From the IMG/VR virus record IMGVR_UViG_3300025466_000014: a stretch of DNA of 64,000 nt. One strand, written 5' to 3'. This document shows, piece after piece, positions 54,089-61,640 of the stretch (positions are counted from its first letter, which is position 1; the number at the start of each line of letters is the position of its first letter). Below the pieces are notes generated by a model. That model was not told where the DNA came from, searched no databases, and worked only from the letters and a program-made list of their open reading frames with translations. This DNA is from a virus. A program made the translations under genes and the position numbers.

Positions 54089-54731
54089 TTTTTACTTCCG
54101 GAACTGCGGGGGTATTTTGATTAGCCTGCGCGTTAAACTCCTTAATGCACAGGTTCAAGTTCTCCGCTACTTTGTTGGCGTCGGCTGCGATTTGGATAAG
54201 AGGGATTGCAGTTCTTGCAGATAGTCTACATTGCTGGGTATTATTTGCCCAGAGAGTGGAGTAGGTTTGGGACAAGGGGTCTGAACTATTTGAGTCTCTA
54301 CTTTTGGTGCAGGTTCCTTCGTCAACAAAGACCCACAAGCCGTAGTCAGCAATGTCGAGGCCACTACCAATGACATTTGGATTTTTGGGATTAACGACTG
54401 CATTGACGATTTTATTTTGCTCATCTTGAATCCTTTTTAAGTTGTTAGCGTAATTAACTTCTGCACTATGAATTACCTGCTTAGTAGTAGCTTCAGCTAC
54501 GTCTACTCTAGCCTGCGCCTCTTTAAGAGCCTCTTCGGTTTTGCGATTTAGTTCCTCACGAGCAGCATCCCAGACATCACGTTCTTTTTGAAAGTCTTGA
54601 GCTTGCTTAGACATTAACTGCTCAGTCTTTGCTTTACCGTAATCAAAACCTGTGTAGGCTGCTAGGCTTAACAAAACAACTACAAGAAAAATGCGCAAAG
54701 GCACAAGGTAGGCACTTAAAGAACTAAACAT
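54078..54731 (-). CDS. i-spanin (Rz-like)
   Basis: N-terminal TM helix, long coiled coil, C-terminal Cys; adjacent to the endolysin. Confidence 0.8.
   Translation of the reverse strand: MFSSLSAYLVPLRIFLVVVLLSLAAYTGFDYGKAKTEQLMSKQAQDFQKERDVWDAAREELNRKTEEALKEAQARVDVAEATTKQVIHSAEVNYANNLKRIQDEQNKIVNAVVNPKNPNVIGSGLDIADYGLWVFVDEGTCTKSRDSNSSDPLSQTYSTLWANNTQQCRLSARTAIPLIQIAADANKVAENLNLCIKEFNAQANQNTPAVPEVKNAE
54167..54397 (-). CDS. o-spanin (Rz1-like) lipoprotein embedded in the i-spanin gene
   Basis: Lipobox LLTTA-C followed by a Pro-rich mature region (TPCPKPTP), in an alternate frame wholly inside the i-spanin gene; start uncertain (54424/54403/54376). Confidence 0.8.
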   Translation of the reverse strand, partial: SLIPKIQMSLVVASTLLTTACGSLLTKEPAPKVETQIVQTPCPKPTPLSGQIIPSNVDYLQELQSLLSKSQPTPTK

Positions 54732-54754
54732 GGAATTTCCTTTTAAAAAGAATT

Positions 54755-54783
54755 AAGGGAGCTATCTAACAAATAGCTCCCTT
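54755..54783. terminator. Stem-loop between upstream late gene and spanins
   Basis: AAGGGAGCTAT-ctaacaa-ATAGCTCCCTT. Confidence 0.55.
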
Positions 54784-54787
54784 TTTA

Positions 54788-55087
54788 TTAAGCTGCCTTA
54801 GGTGTAACGTCAGTAACGACGTTTACGTTAGCAGCATCCGGCATAGGTTCAGCAGGTTGCACCTGGGCTGCTTGAGCTTGGGCAGCTTCAGCCTGAGCCT
54901 GCGCGGCCTGAGTGATAGCATTTGTTTGGCTAACAATGTTAACAAGCACTGGGTAAGTGTTTGTATTGTTAGCCTGCTGGTTAAGCACATCCACCAGTTT
55001 CTGAATGTCACCAAGAGTGAGATTCAAAGTAATAGGCATAAGCGTAGGGTCTTGCATTTGCGGTTGAGGTTGGTTAGTATCCGACAT
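54788..55087 (-). CDS. Hypothetical Gln/Ala-rich protein
   Basis: AAGGA RBS; ITLNLTLGDIQ helix then low-complexity tail. Confidence 0.6.
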   Translation of the reverse strand: MSDTNQPQPQMQDPTLMPITLNLTLGDIQKLVDVLNQQANNTNTYPVLVNIVSQTNAITQAAQAQAEAAQAQAAQVQPAEPMPDAANVNVVTDVTPKAA

Positions 55088-55139
55088 TTTATTTCCTTAA
55101 GGTTGTTAAATATTTAAGAGGCTTTGTAAGCCCCTTTCA

Positions 55140-55152
55140 TATTTACAGTTTT
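55140..55152 (-). promoter_or_regulatory. Phage promoter motif AAAACTGTAAATA on the minus strand
   Basis: Exact reverse-complement copy, pointing at the 55087 gene and lysis genes. Confidence 0.55.
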
Positions 55153-55153
55153 T

Positions 55154-55708
55154 TTATTCTTCCCCTTTAAGGCCTAGAATGTCTTTAACTACCTTCTCTT
55201 CTTCCAAATGATTCTCCCTAGCATCCCTAATCTCTTGGCGCGCTTCTTCCCGTTCTGCACGTTCTTCCCTAGCAACCTCTTCATGCGCTTCTGCTTTTAT
55301 GCGGACTTTACGCTCCGCAGCAGTCTCTGCTATTGCTTCTTTTTCTACCTGATTCAACTCTTCTAAGTGTTTACTCTCAGAGTGCTGAAACTGATCTAGC
55401 AAAACGTGCTTACACTCTTCGCAGCATCTAGCTACAATGTTACGCAGTCTAATGATTTGGTCATTAAGTTGAATAATCTGCAATTGATACTGATTTGTCT
55501 TGTCTGCTAGATGTTTATTTTGTTTGGCTAATCTTTCGACTTCTTCGGCTAAGCCGTTTACAGTGGATCGCATTGCGTTGTAACCAGAGCCAGTGGCTGC
55601 ATCACCTTTCCAGGAAGTAATAATTTTTGATAATGTGTATGCCAGCCCGACGACACCAGCTACAAAGGTAGCCAATCCGCCGTATGTCTCTGGTAGAGGC
55701 GCATTCAT
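55154..55708 (-). CDS. Single-TM plus coiled-coil protein (holin-like candidate)
   Basis: GGLATFVAGVVGLAYTL TM; charged C-terminus; upstream of the lysis genes. Confidence 0.45.
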   Translation of the reverse strand: MNAPLPETYGGLATFVAGVVGLAYTLSKIITSWKGDAATGSGYNAMRSTVNGLAEEVERLAKQNKHLADKTNQYQLQIIQLNDQIIRLRNIVARCCEECKHVLLDQFQHSESKHLEELNQVEKEAIAETAAERKVRIKAEAHEEVAREERAEREEARQEIRDARENHLEEEKVVKDILGLKGEE

Positions 55709-56127
55709 TTTTTTGTTTCTCCTAGAGAAAGAGCCATAAGCCAAATTTCAAATGCTAGGAGTACAATGCCTGTAGGTTCAAGTAAGGGTGGTCTAGCGGC
55801 TACGTAGGTAGACCACAAAATGACTCCACCTGTGTACTCCACACGTCTAACCCAAGTATGCTCCATTTGAAAAAATGGAGAGAAGATTCCTACAACCCCA
55901 GATGCTATAAAACATCCGGCCCACAAGAAAACACTTAAGGGAGAATCAACAAGGCAAAAGTTGCCTATGCTTTCTTTTAAGTTAGGCGAATTGGCTAGAC
56001 TTATCCCTACCAAAAGAGTATTTACACCTACCCAGAAACGAACCCAGGTCATATCGCCAAATAGCAACTCTTTTAGCCGCAAAGGTATGTAGGTTGCCCA
56101 CGCCTTTGCCTGAATCTGATATTGCAT
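55705..56127 (-). CDS. Multi-pass membrane protein (holin/antiholin candidate)
   Basis: 3-4 hydrophobic segments; ATGA overlap with the next gene. Confidence 0.5.
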   Translation of the reverse strand: MQYQIQAKAWATYIPLRLKELLFGDMTWVRFWVGVNTLLVGISLANSPNLKESIGNFCLVDSPLSVFLWAGCFIASGVVGIFSPFFQMEHTWVRRVEYTGGVILWSTYVAARPPLLEPTGIVLLAFEIWLMALSLGETKK

Positions 56128-56203
56128 TTTAAAACTCCAAAACGTTATTTACGTAATATAAAATTAAAAGATAGATTTTAAAAACGTTAATAGGTTAAAC
56201 AAG

Positions 56204-57460
56204 TTAATAAGTTGAAAAAGTGTTCATAACCGCAGTAGGTACAGTATTAGCCGCGTAAACTGTCAAGTCACTGTACGTTCTCGCAAGAGCATTCATTGCA
56301 GTATTTATTTCTGTGATTCTCTGCGCGTAGCTTGGTCCACTTGCGGGATTGAACATGCAAGTTATCAAAGTTGGGTAATTTACACCACCAACCGTTATAG
56401 GGTAAACTACAGGTCCACTAGAATCGCCGCCTGAAATATTACTTGACCAAACTGCGTAAGGTGCGTAAAACGGATCTGAGCTTACAATGTAGTTGTAGTT
56501 GCCATTGCCGTTTGCGTTAAGAACTCTGTGAGTGCATACCTTGCCGCTAGCATCGTTAGCCTTAAGGTTTACAGCTAATGCGTCACCTGTTAGCACGTCA
56601 CTTGGAATATAACTAGCAAAGTTTGTAGGCAAAACGTAGTAAGGATTGATTGAAGATGCTCCGCTTATCCACCTAAGGTAGACTACCGTTAAATCACTGC
56701 CAAGGTTAGATACGTCCACACACTCCGCAGACCATAAGACGTTATTAAGGTCAAGCCAGTAAAGTGTTGTACCGCTACCATTTACACCTTTGCTTGCAAC
56801 TAAACTTCCGGCCCAATGTGTTGCACAGACAGCATGACGTGGACTAATCAAATGCATCGGGTCTTGTTGCCCGGCAGCCGATGTACCTAGGTTAGGTGTG
56901 TAAAAACCTAAAGAGGTAGCAGCAAATACCCAAGCAGGAAAGGGCGCGTTGGTGTTTCTTTGGAAATTAGGATACGTACCTATGTAGTGATTAGCATTAG
57001 TTGCATTGTAAGTCTTACCAGAAATCCATCCTGCAATCTGCGTTGCCAGCATATACCTAAGAGACGTACTAACAAAGTTAGTTATGCGTTGAACACTAGC
57101 TGTTGGCAAAACGTGCTGAATAGGCTGCAAAACTTGTAAAGCCTCTTTATTATTTTTTACAAGAGTGACCGAAACACCGTCGCTTACCCAGGTTACATTT
57201 CCACTAGCGTCGACAGAGCTGATACCTGTAGTCAGGCTTGTAAAGGTGCACCCTGTTTGATTAGGAACAATCTTAAAGTTGGTATACTGGGAAACTCCAT
57301 TGTAGACGCTATAGGTATAATCTTTAGTGCTGCCTGCGCTGGAGTAGGCAGCAACTTGTACGGCTGTAGGTACAATGGTTGCGGTAATGTTCTCAAATAC
57401 ATTTAAACCACGTATCTTTTTTGCAGACGTGTTTGTGTTAAATTTTGCGTTTATAGTCAT
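56204..57460 (-). CDS. Ig-like domain plus trypsin-like serine protease domain, probable virion protein
   Basis: LISPRHAVCATH (His), SDLTVV (Asp), GDSSGP (Ser); N-terminal SSVDASGNVT. Confidence 0.65.
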   Translation of the reverse strand: MTINAKFNTNTSAKKIRGLNVFENITATIVPTAVQVAAYSSAGSTKDYTYSVYNGVSQYTNFKIVPNQTGCTFTSLTTGISSVDASGNVTWVSDGVSVTLVKNNKEALQVLQPIQHVLPTASVQRITNFVSTSLRYMLATQIAGWISGKTYNATNANHYIGTYPNFQRNTNAPFPAWVFAATSLGFYTPNLGTSAAGQQDPMHLISPRHAVCATHWAGSLVASKGVNGSGTTLYWLDLNNVLWSAECVDVSNLGSDLTVVYLRWISGASSINPYYVLPTNFASYIPSDVLTGDALAVNLKANDASGKVCTHRVLNANGNGNYNYIVSSDPFYAPYAVWSSNISGGDSSGPVVYPITVGGVNYPTLITCMFNPASGPSYAQRITEINTAMNALARTYSDLTVYAANTVPTAVMNTFSTY

Positions 57461-57496
57461 ATCTTCCCTTTAATTCTGAAATAAGAAGATTAGATA

Positions 57497-60163
57497 TTAG
57501 GGACTTAAGATTATCGAGCCGTCTGCCGCCATTACGTTTTTAGCAGGGAGAGTTGACTGTCCCGGTGTAACATTAGTTAGAACAGCCGCTGCCCCAAAAA
57601 TAGCTCTCGATGTGGCATACGCATACGTATAGTAAGGTCCTACTAGGTTAGTAACAGTTAGCCCGCCGCCGCCATTGGTGCACAAAACGTAACCGCCGTT
57701 TGTTACGTAAAGTGATATGGCTATTAAACTAAAACCGAAATTAGGGCTAAACAACTGTATGCCTTTAATAATAAATTGCCTAATAACAGAGTTAGACAAA
57801 GAGCCAATTGTGGGGGCCAAGTTGTCTCCTGAATAACCTGAAAAATCTATAACAGTTCTATTGTCACCCTCACAATACATTGAGCATACCATAAACTCAC
57901 CACTAATATAAATCTGCGCAGGAGAGCTAGGAACATTCATCTGTACATAACCGTGAACTATAATGTCTGCTAAATAAACAAAATTATAATTTGCGTAGGT
58001 ACCTACAGTAATAGGAATGCTATTACCGTAAAAACCTACCTGATAAACACCTCCTACCGAGGACAAATCAAAATATCCAGTAATCCAAGAATTAAGTATT
58101 GACAAATTTCCATCCATTGGACCTGTAGGTAGCCAGGCACCACTGTTTGTAGGTATATGATAGTCGCAAGTTATAGTCCCTGCTGCCGAATTAACTGATC
58201 TAATTAATGTAACACCATTTAGGGCTGTCACATTGGTAGCTGCTGTAATACCAATCACACCAATAGGAATATTTACGCCTGTTCCGTTAAGTGCAATTAT
58301 TGAGTTTACTAAAGTTGTGCCTATTGTAAAAGTTATTGTACGCGTTGTATCCGTTGTACCCGATATAGTTGCAGCGGTAAAGGGAACTCCGCCTTCGTAA
58401 GTACCAAGAGCTCCTACCCATCCTGCGTTAACATCCTGCCAACCTTGAATTATTAACCAAGGAATGGCTTTTCCTGGTGTAGTACCTACATTGGGACCCT
58501 TAGCCAACTGAAGAGTAATTTCTACACCAGGCGCAGCTGAGCAATTAGCAAAAAATGTCAGAGCAGTAGCTAGACTGGTAAAATGCACACCGCACGTATA
58601 GGTAGCGTTAGCAAGTAAAATCCCAGGCGTGTTGTTTGCCGGCGTTGCAGTAATTACTGCCGGAACTAGGTAGGTAGGCGTTGCATAAAATGCCTTTGCC
58701 TGACCCGCAACACCAGTATACTGAACAATGGCTGCTATGTCTGTAGCAGACGCAAGTTCACCTGCGGCCCCTTGCAAAGAAAGTAGCCCGGTACTAGCAG
58801 TGCCTAAAAGGCCGGTACGCGGCACAATATTTACGACCAAATCGCCAGTAACTGGGTCAACTGCCATAATCTGTCCGTTAGGACCGTTAATAGCTGTAAC
58901 TGCCCCGCCGCCGTTAATTGTCGCAGTCAAGTTACCTACCCAGGCACTTCCGTTATTCTGGTAAACAGCGTAAGGTGCAGCAGACCCTACCAATGCAATT
59001 GCCCCGTTAGGAACAGTACCGACAGCTGGCAAGGCTGCCGTTGTTGCAAATGTTCCGACTAAGTTTTTAACAAAGTTTGTGTCTACATAGCTCTTGTTTA
59101 CCGCGTCTGTACCTACCAAAGGCGTACCTAGGTTGTTAACTAGGTTGCTACCCATGTTAAGGTTAGCCGCCTGTGTGCCTAGAGACGTGATGGCTGGCTG
59201 TGCGGCAGTGGTAACAGTACCTGCTGTTCCTGCTGTGGTGGCTGAATTGGCTAAAGTAGCCGTAGCTGCATTGCCCCCAATAGACAAATTAGCTACTGGT
59301 GTAGTTGAGGCGACTACAAATGGCGCTGTACCAGTAGCGACAGTTGAAGTAATCTGTCCGCTAGCAGATAGCGTGGTAAATGCGCCAGTACCTGTATGGT
59401 TACCAGTTAATGTTGTTGCGCTAACTGAGGTTAGTCCAGACAAAGCCGTAGTAGCAGCCGCGCCTAAGGTGATTGAAGAAGAACCTAAATTGATAACACT
59501 ACTTGTCAGGGCAGCAACAGGAATGCCGGTAAAGTTAGTACCTGTTAGAGTGGGTGATGTAGTAAACACCGGAACGGTACTTGTAGAGCCTACCAAAACA
59601 CCTGCAGCACCAGCAATAACGCTAGGTGCGCCTGCAGAGTTTGTGGTCAATACTCCGTAATTAGCGGTCGGAATAAAACCAGTTGTGTTAGCCCCTGTTT
59701 GATAGTGGATCTGATTTGCGGCTCCGCCTGCTACGTTAGTAGCTAAAGCCGCAGTTCCGCCTATAGACAAACTAGGTGCTGTTCCTGTAAGGCTAGCTCC
59801 TGAGCCTGCAAACGCTGCGGCAGTCATTGTACCAGAAATTGTAACGTTTGTTGGCAAGCTTAGAGTAGTTGCGCCTGAAACTGTAGACGCATTTATCTGA
59901 TTAGCCGTACCAGCAACAGACAGAATACCGGTGTTGGAAAGAGTCGTACCCGATATGCCTATACCTGCGCCTGGCGTGTAAGTCGGTCCGCCGCCCCCGC
60001 CGCCCCCACTTCCGCTAGATAGCAGAAGAGTCTCAACGCCAGTTGAGTTAAGGGAGTAAAAGTTGCCATCTGTTTTTGCGTAAAGCAAAATAGTACCAGC
60101 ATTAGGAACAGCATAAGGTGCGTTAGTACCTAGATAGAACTGAATGTCGGATGGGTAAATCAT
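57497..60163 (-). CDS. Large fibre/adhesin protein
   Basis: G/T/A-rich repeats shared with the 61641 gene; DAVNKSYVD fibre motif; distinct C-terminal head. Confidence 0.75.
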   Translation of the reverse strand: MIYPSDIQFYLGTNAPYAVPNAGTILLYAKTDGNFYSLNSTGVETLLLSSGSGGGGGGGPTYTPGAGIGISGTTLSNTGILSVAGTANQINASTVSGATTLSLPTNVTISGTMTAAAFAGSGASLTGTAPSLSIGGTAALATNVAGGAANQIHYQTGANTTGFIPTANYGVLTTNSAGAPSVIAGAAGVLVGSTSTVPVFTTSPTLTGTNFTGIPVAALTSSVINLGSSSITLGAAATTALSGLTSVSATTLTGNHTGTGAFTTLSASGQITSTVATGTAPFVVASTTPVANLSIGGNAATATLANSATTAGTAGTVTTAAQPAITSLGTQAANLNMGSNLVNNLGTPLVGTDAVNKSYVDTNFVKNLVGTFATTAALPAVGTVPNGAIALVGSAAPYAVYQNNGSAWVGNLTATINGGGAVTAINGPNGQIMAVDPVTGDLVVNIVPRTGLLGTASTGLLSLQGAAGELASATDIAAIVQYTGVAGQAKAFYATPTYLVPAVITATPANNTPGILLANATYTCGVHFTSLATALTFFANCSAAPGVEITLQLAKGPNVGTTPGKAIPWLIIQGWQDVNAGWVGALGTYEGGVPFTAATISGTTDTTRTITFTIGTTLVNSIIALNGTGVNIPIGVIGITAATNVTALNGVTLIRSVNSAAGTITCDYHIPTNSGAWLPTGPMDGNLSILNSWITGYFDLSSVGGVYQVGFYGNSIPITVGTYANYNFVYLADIIVHGYVQMNVPSSPAQIYISGEFMVCSMYCEGDNRTVIDFSGYSGDNLAPTIGSLSNSVIRQFIIKGIQLFSPNFGFSLIAISLYVTNGGYVLCTNGGGGLTVTNLVGPYYTYAYATSRAIFGAAAVLTNVTPGQSTLPAKNVMAADGSIILSP

Positions 60164-60191
60164 TTATATTCCTTTTGGTTAACCTAACCTT

Positions 60192-61613
60192 TTATTCCCA
60201 GTAACCTTCAAAACCAATGTGGTGTGCAATTGTACCTGAGGTACCTACGGTGCCAATGTTACGCACAATAGTCTGAATAAACTCACCCGGTTGAACCATT
60301 ACAGGAGCTTGGAATGTGTGAACAAAAGTAGCTCCTAACGTACCAACCGGGGCAGTTGCAGCCAAGGTGTAGAGGCCTAAGGGGAAACGACGAGGAGCCT
60401 TAGTTGTCGCAGTTTCTGTCGTTGCCAAAGAAACTGCGGTATGACCAAATGCAATACCGCATTCGTAAACAAACGGGCCGCCTGCCAAAACTGTCTGCAC
60501 CATTGAGTACCAACGAATGCCTGTAATATACAAACAACGTGGTGTCTGGGTAATAGAGCCTACCGGGTTCTGATAAGAAGAAATAATACCGTCAGTTGTG
60601 ACTGCGAGTGTTGCGGTTTCATAAAAGTTGCCGCCTAAGCCTGAACCTAAAGCTGCGGTAGTATTGGTAGGTACTGCTGCGGTCGGTGCCGCAGAGTTAG
60701 CGTATAGCGCCGTAGAGCCCATAGTACCACCGTTAGCGCCTTGCAAAAGCGTTAAACCTTCACTTATCTTAATATGTGGCCAAGGCTTGGTTGTGTTTAT
60801 GCCATACAGAGTTACTTGCAGGTTAAGAACTTTAATTTGCTGAGCAACGGCTGGGGCACTCGCACCGTTAAAGATTTGATAAAAAGCGTAACCGGAGCCG
60901 CTTAAGCTTGGCGTACCGGAGCCGGCGGGCATAGCTACGGACGCGTACAAAATGTTATCAATCCAGAATTCAGCCAAGCCGTCGTCAATAACAATCATCC
61001 AGTCGTGCTGTACGTTTACAGCTGGTGCAGTAAATGCGTTAGTTGATTGTGCAATTGTACCGTTCCAGTTTACAACTCCCCGCAAAGCTCCTGTTGTATC
61101 CATCTGAAAGTAAACACCGTCAGTTGGGGCTGCGGTAGTACCAGGAGTACCAATACCGAAGTAAACAGCATTATTAACTTGAGGCGTTGCGACCAAGAAA
61201 TGGCGAGACTCAAAAACTAATTCGCCTGCGGTGTACAGAGGAAAACTACGATACGTCTGTGCTACTGCACTCACTGTAGTAGCCACGCTGTTACCAGAGT
61301 TTAAAGCCATTGAGCCGCCAGCAAAAGCTGCGGTCATGGTTGTTGTGGTTATTTTCCAGCTTGCGGTATTCTGTGCAGTGTAGTTAAACTGATCGTTAAA
61401 TAATGGTGTGTCGACTGCAACTCGCAGACGTCGATTGTTGCTAATATCGGCTAGACCAATATTGGGTGTACCAGTGACTGAGCCTGAATCTCGAATTGAG
61501 GAAATGCCAACAAATCCTGCCTGAGTTGCCACCTTAGGATTTTGAACCAAGATGCCTTTTGAAACTGGGTCAAGTAAGTTATTATTTGTACCGTCTGTAA
61601 GTTGAACACTCAT
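60192..61613 (-). CDS. Virion protein with ConA/LamG-like lectin domain (putative)
   Basis: DGVYFQ...GVVNWNG...HDWMIVID...EFWIDN beta-sandwich pattern. Confidence 0.55.
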   Translation of the reverse strand: MSVQLTDGTNNNLLDPVSKGILVQNPKVATQAGFVGISSIRDSGSVTGTPNIGLADISNNRRLRVAVDTPLFNDQFNYTAQNTASWKITTTTMTAAFAGGSMALNSGNSVATTVSAVAQTYRSFPLYTAGELVFESRHFLVATPQVNNAVYFGIGTPGTTAAPTDGVYFQMDTTGALRGVVNWNGTIAQSTNAFTAPAVNVQHDWMIVIDDGLAEFWIDNILYASVAMPAGSGTPSLSGSGYAFYQIFNGASAPAVAQQIKVLNLQVTLYGINTTKPWPHIKISEGLTLLQGANGGTMGSTALYANSAAPTAAVPTNTTAALGSGLGGNFYETATLAVTTDGIISSYQNPVGSITQTPRCLYITGIRWYSMVQTVLAGGPFVYECGIAFGHTAVSLATTETATTKAPRRFPLGLYTLAATAPVGTLGATFVHTFQAPVMVQPGEFIQTIVRNIGTVGTSGTIAHHIGFEGYWE

Positions 61614-61640
61614 TACTAACTCCTTAAATTTAGAATAAAA

